A DNA stretch of 63,992 nt, filler included, from Reticulomyxa filosa (lineage: Eukaryota > Protista > Foraminifera), in NCBI GenBank assembly GCA_000512085.1. It is 19 parts of 19 records of this genome, joined end to end, with 100 filler letters (N's around TTAATTAATTAA, not from the genome) between each part and the next. Parts side by side here need not be neighbours in the genome. Positions count along the whole stretch, not along the records: positions 28,427 to 40,321 come from ASPP01011395.1; positions 40,422 to 42,737 come from ASPP01019817.1; positions 42,838 to 44,705 come from ASPP01018038.1; positions 44,806 to 56,554 come from ASPP01002308.1; 15 more parts are not named here. One strand, 5' to 3'. Below, piece after piece: positions 40,101 through 52,379 of the stretch. The notes under the pieces are model-generated. The model had not been told where the DNA came from and did not search any database. It saw only the letters and a program-made list of their open reading frames with translations. How positions within the stretch are numbered: position 1 is the first letter of the stretch; each line of letters opens with the position of its first letter. Made by a program: the position numbers and the translations under genes.

Positions 40101-40277
40101 CATCGCAAAATGCCAACACGGGTGATGTCGACGACAACGATAGCGCAGATGGAAATGTACAGCTGCCACAGCAACCTGATGAAGATAACTGTGTCGAGTT
40201 CACACTACAGCCCATTGTACAGTTGAATGAAGTAGACGTTTCCACGGGACATGAATATGAACAACGTATTCAATCCA
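37184..40277 (+). CDS. Multi-exon protein with MATH-like domain, coiled coil and RanBD-like domains (3' truncated)
   Basis: W|ELYFYPNCG..LTVL..LPENYRIRSVVTIRVV..GYGDM (MATH-like). WTTCGDGTLLLLLDK..YRLTFEERNTRQCLIN..YRIQFSS (RanBD/PH-like). EFTLQPIVQLNEVDVSTGHEYE matches the RanBP1 domain start (FEPIVxL.EVEVKTGEE.E). Confidence 0.6.
37450..37540. repeat. Compound intronic microsatellite (TAT)n then (TCAATG)n
   Basis: Seen directly. Confidence 0.85.
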
Positions 40278-40284
40278 TGTTATG

Positions 40285-40321
<37 letters not shown>

Positions 40322-40421
40322 NNNNNNNNNNNNNNNNNNNNNNNNNNNNNNNNNNNNNNNNNNNNTTAATTAATTAANNNNNNNNNNNNNNNNNNNNNNN
40401 NNNNNNNNNNNNNNNNNNNNN

Positions 40422-42737
40422 TGTTTGTATATTTCCTTCGGTGACTACGTCGTTGTCATGATCAGCCTGCATCTGTGATTGTGCTGTTACAACTTGTTCT
40501 TGAGATTTCATTCCAACAATGTATCCACCTTCCGGTGTCATCATCACTTTGGAGTATTGTTCTTTGCAAATAATTTCGCGTTCATTATTGAACAGACCAG
40601 TATCCAAAGCAATACAACGGATTGTATTTTTGTTATCCAAAATGTATAAATTACCATCTTTGTTGTCGAAGCACATACTCAAGAGATAAAAGTTATCAGG
40701 TAATATTTGATCACACAAACGAACAGTTTTGTTTTTTAATTGTTGTAAAGAGTCTGTAATTCGTTCATTCCATTTGTATACGTGAATGAGTTGTCTTGCA
40801 CGTTCATACAATACCATTAAATGTTTTTGCTCACTCAAAGCAGCCAATGTTATTTTGCCTCGTAATTCTTCTGTTGCTTTCTTTTTATTTAACATTTGTC
40901 GTGAGGACAAGAAAATTCTGGTGATGCAATTTTGATTGTATTGTTCATTCCACATATCTTGTTTATCATTTTTTTTTTCCTCGTTGTTCGTGGCATCTAC
41001 TGGCAGGGCATCGGACACATTTTTGTCAATGGAAACCACCAACACCATTTCATTGTTGGTCAACCCATATGCGAACACCAACTCTTCATTACCACGAATA
41101 TCAAATTCATTGTTTTTTTGCATCACTTGTTTCAATTCCAAATAATCTGGTCTTGATTCTTGTGCGGTAAAATCACCAAATGAAAATGTCAAGTGTCGAA
41201 TTGGCTTTAATCTTGTTTCGATATTTCCTTTCAATTCGTTGTTATGATACTTTTCTATAACACAGGACAATGGATTACCATTATCCATTCTTTCATCCAA
41301 TTTTTTCAAAAATATTTTGTTCAATTCCAACTCCCGCTGTAATCGATCATTGCGATACTTTTTCTTCAATTCGTTTTCTTGAAGGGAGACAGATTTGATT
41401 GGATCAATGCTAAGGAATATCCGCTTGTATTTTTCATAAATTTGGCCAAATCCTGCTATCAATTCTATGTGCAATGGCGAATAGTCATAATGAGCAAGTC
41501 TGTTCTCGATTTCTTGTTTCTCTTCTTCTGTCAGCTTTGTTTCACCGCTTAGCCATAATATACCTTTTTGGAAAAAACCCCACACTTTACTTCCAGTGTG
41601 CGAATCCTTGGATGTTGATTTGTTTCCATCAGACTGTTGCCTATTTTTGTTCCTTTTATTTCTACTTGATCTTGGATAGTTATTTGCAACTGTTTCGTTT
41701 TGTTTTGCATCCTCTTCTCCTGTTTGATTGTCTTGATTTGCATCTATTTTTTCTTGTTCAAATTGGTTTTTTACCAATTCTGAAACTTGACCAAGATTTT
41801 TTTCGTACGCTTTGTACAAATTCTTAACAACTTCCTCTAGGTTTCTAAAGTCATTGTTCGAAAATGGATGATAAAGTGAAGTGTCTGGAATCCATTGAGC
41901 TAAGGCTTTGGCACCATTGTCAAAATCATTTTTTGAAAAGGAGACACAATGACTAGTAGAAAAAAAGCTATTGATTTTTTCAACTGACAATTCTCTTGCT
42001 ATTCCTCTCATCTCTGCAAGGTTTGTACCCTCCAACTTTAACTGTTGAGAATTGCACTGTTCTTGTGCAGCTGAATGTGCCATGTTAATTTGCTTTTCAT
42101 GCTCTTTATTGATTAAGCATAATTGTCGATTAAATTCCTAATCCATTTATCAACAAAAAGTCATGCAAAAGGGAAAATATATGTATACATATACATATAT
42201 AAATGTATGATATCACGCAATTAAATAAAAAAGAAAAATGTGAAACCTCAATCAACTCAGGACAAATGGTCTCTGCGAAAAAATAAGCTTTTTCCCATGT
42301 ATCAAATGCCTCATCCCAAAGTTTTAACCGATGTGTTTGCGTGATTTTTTTAATGTAATTCATCAATTCTTCTTTGTTTGAATATTTAAATTGAGATGGA
42401 TTTGATTCGGTCACATATTCTGGTTTTTGCTCGCCTACACAGAAGGCTCGTAGCGGCTTTGGCTCGGTTGTACACTCTTGAATCGAGCAATGACATAGAA
42501 TGGTGGATTGCGTCCCTTCAATCACAAATGCACTTTTTGAGGTTGCGCTTGCATTTGAATCATCTTGTTTTCTTTCCTTCTCAATTGGAAATGATTTCAT
42601 TTTTTCAACATTGTAAGATACATCATTTTTTTGTTCTTCTTTCATTGTGAATTGAATTTTACCACCCGTACTCTTTTTTCTTTTTCCTTCTTGTCTTGTG
42701 TAGTTTGTTTATCCACGTAAAAATTGTCCAATCTGCG
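40422..42737 (-). CDS. Internal fragment of a large hypothetical protein (helical region, then beta-propeller-like region)
   Basis: Long open frames (569 and 171 aa) separated by a probable intron near 42125-42243. Both ends truncated. No family recognised. Confidence 0.75.
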
Positions 42738-45129
42738 NNNNNNNNNNNNNNNNNNNNNNNNNNNNNNNNNNNNNNNNNNNNTTAATTAATTAANNNNNNN
42801 NNNNNNNNNNNNNNNNNNNNNNNNNNNNNNNNNNNNNGGAAAAAAAAGAGACGATTTTTTATTTACATGAACAAAAACTGGATCATTTTTAAAAAATAGG
42901 TTCAAAAAAATTAAAAAATGACCCACAAGTGGAATAAAATGACCCAAAATTTTAATTATATATCTTTTGTCATATTTTTACTTCAAAAATAGTTGCTTTT
43001 TACCTTACAGAATCCAAAAAATGACAAATAGTTACTCAGATCAAGCTTTAATAAAGAAAAGCTTTTTTTTTTCAATCACCATCACGTTCACAAATTGAAT
43101 CAATTTTGTGAAAGCACTGAGGCCACATGCAACCATTTCCCCACTTACAAAATAAATTTTTCACAAGTGGGCAATTTCGACTTTTCTACCAGTTTTCTTA
43201 TCGTTTGATAATTTATGAGATCAATGAAATGGCCATATCAATCTTATAATTGTTCCAATCTAATATAAACATCAAAACAAATTTAAACATAAAAACTGAT
43301 AACTTTTCTCTCAAAAAAAAAAGAAATATGTACAGTCAGTAATTATGTAAAGCACATAGTACATCTTTAAAAAAAGAACAATAAGCGAAGTTATCCAATT
43401 TCATGTACGAAAAAGAAAGTTAGAAACAATCCAAAATATTAATGTAATTTGAGTGTTTGACCAGGAATTGATTATCATTTCTGAAATTATTGAAATTACA
43501 TTGTCATCATATGAGAAGTAAAAAGAGGTTTGTCAATTCGTTTTTTTTTAGTTTAATAAATGACAAAATTGATAAGTCCTTATTCTCGTCAGTATACATG
43601 AAATAAAATAGAATGTGGCTGCTTTTTAAAAATGAATTAGAAATAATTTTCTATGCATCATGAATTATTTTGATTCTTTTTTTCTTTAAAAAAATGATGA
43701 GAAAAAAGGATTGAAAGATGATATGGAATAACTCGCTATTGAACGAAATGACTTGTATCAAATTTTCTTTTCTTTAGTTTTTTTGTCTCAGTGTTCGTTT
43801 TTTCTTTTGTTTCAGTAACAAGACAAACACGAGGTTTTTTGTAAAAAGTTCAAACAACAAATATTTTCTTTCCAAGAGAGAAGCAGCAAGATACGTGAAA
43901 CAAAAAAAAAATCCTTTAAACTGTTTTTGTGAAGAAAAAAAATAAAAATAAATAAATATTTTCAAAGATGTCCCATTCCCTTCAAATGCATACTTTCACA
44001 ACAGTGACAATTTCAAAATTATTTTATTTTTGTCACAATATCTTCTTGTGACAATCTTTTTGTCTCACACAAACGAAAAAGAAAAAGAAATAATAAACAC
44101 ATATTCAACAGAATTATCTTCAACCAATCCAATGTATTCATAAAATGAAATGATACGTATATTCACGTTTCATTTAAACAACAAAAAAAGAATGTACAAA
44201 GGTGCAGTGTGTCTTTCAATGGAAAAAGTGAAAGAAAAAAACATCAAATTCAGCAACAAAATCTTTAAATAGTTTTTACAAGTCAATCACAATTTTTTTT
44301 TACCCGAATAGTAATTTTTTCAAAAAGTTGAAAACAATATCTTTGAATATGCACTTTTGTGATCACTCTATGCAACAATGCTGACTCCCAGACTAATATC
44401 AACTTTGCCACGGGTTTGGTTGGAATATCGAACAATCACAAATAATCTCAATTGCAAAAAACACAACAATTCTTAAAAAAACAAAGTTATAATTTATCAA
44501 ATTTTTCATTTTTGGATTTTTTATGAACGTTTTTAATTTGTTGACAAAAAAATTATATATTTTAATTATTTTTTCACTGTTACTATATTCACATTTTCTT
44601 TTTATCAGTAGCAATTGTTTGACAACCATCTAAGCTTGTCCCCTGGCCCTTGTTGGGGGAAGGGGCATGGAAAACGCTTTCTGGTGGTCACGATGAAGTT
44701 TTTGTNNNNNNNNNNNNNNNNNNNNNNNNNNNNNNNNNNNNNNNNNNNNTTAATTAATTAANNNNNNNNNNNNNNNNNNNNNNNNNNNNNNNNNNNNNNN
44801 NNNNNGTGGCTCCATTACAAAATCGAAAGATAAATGTATGCAAATATATAAATGTTACGACTTTAGTTTAGTTATATATATTTTTTAAAATTAATATCAA
44901 CAATTGTTTAATTTTAACAATCCATTTTAATGTTTCACATCATAAAAATATTAAAACGATAACACTTGGACATGGATACGTGTTTGAATATTATTATGTT
45001 TTACAACTTAATGACGTAACAAAAAGTTCAAACAAGATTCAATCAACTTAAACTTTTTTTTTCTTATTTCGATTAAAAACTTATCTGCAATTGGTCCTCA
45101 ATACATCAAAAAGTGTTAGAAGAACAGCA

Positions 45130-47242
45130 ATGAACAAAACAGAGGACGAAAAGAGTGCAAAACAATTAGAAAATCGAGCAACTCTGTTTTCTCGTGAGCA
45201 TTGTTTCAACAAAGATTGGATATTGCAATCGAATAAGCAAGAACAAATCAACTACTTTATTTGTTTGTATTGTAAACATGTTGCCAACAGCCCTATTGAA
45301 TTGAATTGCATACAGCACAAACAATTGACTTGTCCATTCATTATTGGTGAAAATTGTTTGAATCAATTTCTAAAAGACAATCCTAATTCTTGCCCTGTTC
45401 AATCTCATAATGATTGTAAGTATTCCCAAAGCAAATTGGCCCAAGTACAAATTGATGATTTACAAGTTACATGCCCACGACAATTTGAAAAGGATTTACA
45501 AGCACCCACACAAGAAGGAGAAGGAAATGAAAAATTGTGTGTGATTTCAAAGGAAGAATTAAAGAATTAAATGATCATTTGGACAATTCTTGTATTTTGA
45601 AGTTATTGAATTGTTGGTACAAATCATTTGGATGTGATCACACTTGTTCCAAACAGAAATTACAAGAACACTTGGTTTCAAACTTAAAAGTTCATTTTGA
45701 TTTGGCTGTCAAATTTGTTGAATCATTGAAACAAACCATCCAACTTCATCAAGTTCTTTAAATATATATATATATATATTTTAATGCTATTATAAAAAAC
45801 AAACCCGAACAATTACAAATAACAAAAAATAACAAAAGGATGAGATAATACAATTAAAATTGCAAGTAGAGTCATATAAAAAAAAAAACGAAGAAAATCT
45901 AGTATTGGCCAATGAAAATACTGAGTTGAAGAAAGAAATAGAGTCGAAACAAAAAGAATTGTTGGCAAAAACCCATGAAATGGAAAAACAGAAAAGAGAA
46001 TCTCAGCAAGAATTACTCAAACTTTGTGCTGATATTGGAGTCATGCAAAAAGAGTTTGCTGAAAAGGAAAAGCAATACCACGAAAAGTTAATTAAATTAT
46101 TGGAAGAGAAGAATGAAAAACTCACTCCACACACCCAACAGATGCCCAGCAAAGATGAACAAAAAGAAGATAATAAGATGTTATCTCTCGACACTAAACA
46201 TTCTCCCGCTTGCACTTTCGACTGGTGTCACTCTTTTAAATTGCTCAACACTTGCTATGAGCACTCCAAAACTGTGTATAATATTCAATACTCATCCATT
46301 GATGGTAATCGCTTTCTTTGTTCCGCAGCAGATGATGGCAAAGTTTGTGTGTGGAATTTGGATACAAATAAACAGAAACAGATCTTTGATGGACACTCTG
46401 GATGCGTTTATAGTGCAAAGTTCTCTCCATATCATAGTAATCAAAATCGTCCTACCATTTGCTCTGCATCGTATGACAAAACTATTCGTTTTTGGGATAT
46501 CGAAACAGCACAGCAATTTCAAATTTGCGAAGGCCACACTAGTTATGTGTATGGCATTCAATTTTCATCATTCACTGGTGGAAAATATTTGTGTTCTGCG
46601 TCTCATGACGATAGCATTCGTCTTTGGGATGTTGAGACAGCTAAAGCATTGCACATTTTCAAAGGACATTCGCATAATGTTTGGTGTGTTGAGTTTTCCC
46701 CATTGCAAAGCAACAATAAATATAGCAATAGCTACGGTGTGATTGGTGGCACTGGATATACCATTTGTTCTGGGTCATTTGACAAAACTGTTCGTTTGTG
46801 GGATATCGAAAATAAACGTCAATTAGTTGTTTTCAACGAACATCAAGGTTTTGTAAGAAGCGTAAAATATTCACGCAATGAAACAGGTATTGTTGATAGC
46901 AACATGATATGCTCAGCATCAGATGACAAAACGATTCGATTGTGGGATATTCGAACACAAAAACAAAGTAATAGCTTAAAAGGACACACAGATGCTGTCC
47001 GAGCTGTAGATTATGTACCATTCGAAGATGGCAACATAATATGTTCTGGGTCAACTGACAATACAATCCGATTTTGGGATATCCGAACCAATAAACAATT
47101 ACATTGTATTACTGGTAATGCTGAGATAAATTCTTTTGAATTTATAAAATTTGACCAGAAAACCAAAAACAGTACCAGGAATGGCTGTGGTTATGCTTTA
47201 TGTTATGGTTCCGGCAATGGTCGTATTCATTTTTTGGAGTAA
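45130..47242 (+). CDS. RING-like/TRAF-type Zn finger - coiled coil - WD40 protein; intron 45753-45838, one-base indel at 45530-45534
   Basis: FICLYCKHVANSPIELNCIQH..GENCL..SCPV (RING-like); VTCPR..CDFKG..HLDNSC..CWYKSFGC..LQEHL (TRAF-Zn); about seven GH...WD repeats. Confidence 0.92.
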
Positions 47243-48148
47243 CAAGTTTGTTTTTAAATTTTGGCTCAAAACACTTTTTCATCGTTTTTTTGCTTGAAAC
47301 ATTGAAGAATTAACAGCAAAGCCAAATTTTGTCAAAGTCAAACTAATTTTTAATTCAATGGCAAATTTTTTTTTTGAACCCACAGTTCACGTTAAATGTA
47401 AAGTTTCTAACTTGTCTGTAAAGGAGATAAGCTATAAAAAAACATTTCACTTTTGGTCTTTCGTCCTTTGCATTAGAATATTTGAAAAAAAATTTGAAAT
47501 TGATCAAAATAGGTAACACAATTAATCAATGAAATATAATTAATCATATTTTGATGATGCAGTTGTGTTTTTTTGTTTTTGTTACATCGACAGTGTTTGT
47601 ATTTTTGTTGCTGAATAAGAGGCTATCTTAAACAAAGATCTTTATTTGTTACTGAAGTCGTCGTCATCACATCCGATTGTACAATAGACAGACATAATTG
47701 TATTGCCATTTGGTGAAATATCTTGTCACGTGATGAAGAGATTTTGTGATCATCTTTTGAAAACTGAAAGCTTATTGTATCGTTATGCACTTGCAAGAAG
47801 ATTCATAATTTGAAAGTATATACAGTTAGTGACACACCAAAATGACACCTTATGAAGACTATTGATTTTGTAGTACTCATGATGTCGTAATAAGCAATTC
47901 TCGCAATCCAAGTGAACTTTGGAACCCCTTTATTCTAAAAACACACTACTCACTTTCACGACTTGTCTTTCCTCTTTCACTTGTGGAATCTTGTTATTTG
48001 TTTTTTCTTTTATTTAATTTATTACTCTCTTGTTTTAAATTGCTCAAAAGAGCGAAAACCTTTCGTATTACAGTTTGCTCATTTTAATTTATTAATTTTT
48101 GTAATTTTTTTTGTTTTATTTTAAAAGTATTTACTTTCATTTTTACTA

Positions 48149-49503
48149 TAGTAAAATTCAAAGTAAAGTTGACACATAAAATGGCTCTTATATAGATGAT
48201 GATTTTCTACATGAAAAAACAACATTCAGACCTAATTTTTTAAAAAATCTACAAATTGTGTATTTTTCAATATCATTTTGGTTTTTTATTACATCTTTCA
48301 TAATTTTTTAAAAAATTTGAATATTTTATTGATTTTTGAAAATTTTCAAGAAAAAGTTGACAATCGTGCATATGTCGTAATAATGAAACTTGCCAACTTT
48401 TTTTAAAGCATTTTCAGAAAGTCCTCAATGCATAGATATTTGTAAAAAAAAGATTAGTTTTCTACGTTGCATAGTTTTTGAGAAAACTAAATTTTTTGTT
48501 AACAAAATTTTTTTTTGCAGAATTTAATGTTATTTCAAAATTTGTACATTGTGAAGGTATAATGGTTTTTGACTACTGTTTGCATTGTATTTACTTATCA
48601 TTCTTTTTGCTTTTTTTTGTCTAATCACAAACAAGTCAAACGAATTCAAAAGCATAAGAACTAAAATTTTTTTTGTAGAAGATTGTTTTTAATGAAAATT
48701 ACCATTTGGTTAAATCACTTTTTGACTTGTATACTGCTTGTATTCTATATGCATTGACTTTGTTAATTTTTTGCCTTCTTTTGATTTGAATGATCTATTT
48801 TTGAATATTTTTTTTTAATATCAAACAAAGATTTTCGATTTTGTTCAGGTCTGTAGAATTTAGAGTTAAATTCAATACTTTGATAGCATTTTGTTCAAAC
48901 CGTTATTTTGCTGTCATTGCTGTGTGGCTGATTGCATTATCTTGCAGAAATATACAATCTTCATTATATTATAAACATCAATTAATGCTTTTTGAGCATT
49001 TCATCACCTAGAACTTCTTTGTAAATATATTCATTGACACATCAATTAATGTTACATGCATAACCAGGTCCTACACTCCAAAGCTAGACCATAATATTAT
49101 GCTTCTACTAACAATTTTTGATGTTTTATGATTGAACGTCAGCTTACATTTACGGACACATTAATGACTTACACGAAATTTTTTTGCAACTTTGAGCAAA
49201 CTCCAGCAATGACGCAACAGATAAACAGCAAGTCTTTTGTTAAATTTTTCAATAATTTAGCAATTTTCAAAAAAAATATTAAAAAGCTCAAATATCAAAC
49301 TACATTGAACTAAAAAAAAAAGAAAAAAAGGATAAAATATTGAAATAATTAGTAAAGATTTAATAAAAAACCAAAATGATATTTAAAAAGGTACACGATT
49401 TGTAGATATTTTTAAAAAAATTTGGTCTGAATGTTGTTTTTCATATAGAAAATCAATCATTTATATAAGATGCAGTTTTAGGTGTCAATTTACTCTGTAT
49501 TTG
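48149..49503 (-). mobile_element. Decayed, internally deleted Tc1-like (DD34E) DNA transposon with ~150-bp TIRs
   Basis: 48149-48298 is the reverse complement of about 49354-49503. The interior minus strand carries transposase remnants (next feature). Confidence 0.9.
48800..49193 (-). pseudogene. Tc1 transposase remnant
   Basis: HTH KVAKKFRVSH*CVRKCK (49193-49143); SIILWSSFG/GPGYACNIN*CVNEYIYKEVLGDEML; FLQDNAISHTAMTAK*RFEQNAIKVLNLTLNSTDLNKIENL with exactly 34 residues between D (48941) and E (48836). Confidence 0.9.
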
Positions 49504-50059
49504 TTTATTTTTTTATTGTTAGAAGATATCATTTTTACGACAACTTTGCAACTGTTTTTTTTTTATTGTGTACATTTTGATTTGTGATGATTTTTGACAA
49601 TTACATCTTTGTGTTAATGCATTTTTTAATTTTTGTGTTTTGTCAAGGTTATGTCTATTTTTATTACTTTCAGTTTTTAGAGTTTTCTATGCTTCCTGCA
49701 AAACATCAAACTTCAAGGAGACACAATTATTTTAATTATGCTATTATGATTTTCAATTATAAAATTCGATATTACTCTTTTTATATTTATTAAACATTTA
49801 CAGTCTAACGTATGCTGCAAAAAACTCAAAAAAGCTTTCTTCTAATTTCAATTACTAATGCAAAAGACCGTGCAAAAAAAAAATCACGCAAAAACACTAA
49901 AAATTATGGAAAAAAAAACAAATTATCCCAAAAATATTATTATTGTTGGAAAAGTATTATCACAATAAGATAAAACTAAATATTTTTATCTGGATAAACA
50001 TATTAATAATGCTATGATTTTGTGGGATAAAATTAGAAATGAGAATACAAGAAATAAAA

Positions 50060-50150
50060 GAACATTCAGTGAAAGTACAAAATATTGACATTTCATAAAT
50101 GGAAATACTGTTGTGTTATTGTTTGGTGATAAGACAATTCGATTGTGAAA
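50060..50150 (+). pseudogene. Single decayed WD40 repeat
   Basis: HS.KVQNIDIS*..NTVVLLFGDKTIRL*. Confidence 0.45.
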
Positions 50151-50396
50151 AGCATTATAAACAAAAATTCAAAACTTAAGTAATTTTTTATTCATTTTAT
50201 GAATAATTTTGAAAATGTAAGCAAACAAAGCTTGCCAACAAGAAATAATCATTCGTCCAAATTCTTTTTGTTAGATAATGTAACAAAAAATTTAATATAC
50301 TGAAGAATTGTTGTGCTGGTATTCATAACTAAGAAAAACATTCTTGTTTTATTAAATGGATTTACTATTTTTATTCAAAAAAAGTGTCATCATTTG

Positions 50397-51761
50397 TTAA
50401 GATAACTGTTCTCCCCAAATACAAATATTGCCTTTGACTGCACCATAACATAAATAAGTACTATTTATATTTTCATTCTTTCTCAATTGTGCAAATTTAA
50501 GACATAATATTCCATTATCTCTTTCATCTCCTTTAATCACATGCAACTCCTTATTTGATCGAATATCCCAAAATCGAATTGTATTATCCCATGATCCAGA
50601 ACATATCACATTTGAATTACCACCAATTTCGATATTACTTACTACAAGTGGGGAATATTCGACATCATTCACACTACTTATATGTCCATTGAACAATTCA
50701 ATTTGTCTACCAGATCGAGTATCCCACAAACGGACACTATTATCATCTGATCCAGATAATATTGTATTTTCTCCACCATAAATTCCTAATTCAGTTGAAC
50801 AATATTTTACACTCCTAATACCATCTTTATGCCCTTCAAATACAATAAGTTGTTTATTTGTTTCAATATCCCATATGCGAATGGTGTTATCAAATGATCC
50901 AGAACAAATTGTATATCCATTTCCACCAATCAATCCAATTCCATTACGTCTGTTGCTTTGCAATGGTGAAAAGTCTACACACCAAACACTATCTTTATGT
51001 CCTTTGAAAACATAAGATTTATAAGTTTCAATATTCCATAAACGAATAGTTTTGTCGGCAGATCCAGAACACAAGTATTGACCACCATTAAATGGTGAGA
51101 ATTCAATGCCACTAACCCAACCTTTGTGTCTATTGAATACTTGAAATTGTTTATTATCTTTGATGTCCCAAAAACGAATAGTTTTGTCAAATAATGAAAA
51201 ACAAATAACATTGCGATTATGATTGTTATAATGATATTGTGAAAATTTTACACAATACAAAATATTGAAATGTTCGTCAATTGTTTGAATTTTTTTACTT
51301 GTCTTTACATCCCATACACAAATTGTATTATCGTATGATGAAGAATAAATAAATTGACATCCATCAAATGCTGAATAATCAATGCTATTTACCGATTTTC
51401 TGTGTCCACGAAATATTTTGAGTAACTCAGATGATGAAAAAAACGTGTCAAACATGAATATTATAATTGCCTGTATTAAATATTGATTATGAATAATAAC
51501 AAAAAATAAATTTTTAAATAAACAAATGAAACATAACATAATTGACGACAAGTTTGCCGAACTCATGAATCCACCCTAATTTAATATTTAATATTCGAAC
51601 CCAATAGTTAACAATTACTTTAATTTGTTCTTCTGATAGATTTATCTAAGCAACATACAGTGAAAACTTAAGGACAGACAACTTTCTGAAAGATTTGTTA
51701 AAATAAAACTTACCACTGGTGGTTGTATTGATATTGCTTTTTTACCGAGAGAATTGCCCAT
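50397..51761 (-). CDS. WD40-repeat protein with short helical N-terminal motif, about three exons
   Basis: MGNSLGKK...; EEQIKVIVNYWVRILNIKLGWIHEFGKLVVNY|AIIIFMFDTF; about seven WD repeats closely paralogous to 45839-47242 (WCVDFSPLQSN...IGGNGYTICSGSFDNTIRIWDIE). Confidence 0.92.
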
Positions 51762-52149
51762 TTTTAAACTTCTGTTTTTGTTTCTCTTAGATGATGACGT
51801 AGAATACTTAGAACTTTTTTTATCCATGAATGGCAGCCAAAGCTACAGTGTAATGTAAAGATTTACAATTATACTTTGCAGTCGCAATCTCTTGCAAACT
51901 TTTGAAAAAAAATAACTTTAATTTCTTTTCAATTTTGTTTTTCGTATGCCAATTCTCTCTCGATGTAAAACGAAAGCTTTAAGATTTATTCATCACAGTT
52001 GAAGAAAATTTTATTTAATATTGAGTGAAGACAGCACGTATATGCATAGTATTAGAGGAAAAAGTAAATTTGTAATAATGTCGATACACATGAAAAAAAA
52101 AGGAAGTGAATGATATAAGGATTGAACAAAATGGTGGAAAGAAACAAAA

Positions 52150-52232
52150 TATTACTTACTATAAATGGTGAATATTCAATGACATTCGTCCATAAACACT
52201 TGAATTTGTTGATCAGATCAAATATCCCCGAC
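52150..52232 (-). pseudogene. WD40 relic
   Basis: GDI*SDQQIQVF...NVIEYSPFIVSN mirrors the last repeats of the adjacent WD40 gene. Confidence 0.5.
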
Positions 52233-52379
52233 AAGACACGAAAAGAAAAAAGTGTGTACTGTAAAAAGAGAAGAGTTTTGTAGGTATGAATATTCCTGAA
52301 ATTTTTTTCAACGAAAATGTCAGAAACCTCTGTCGATTGTTTGATCCCTTGACAATTCTCCTAGAGGATTTGGAAGTTA

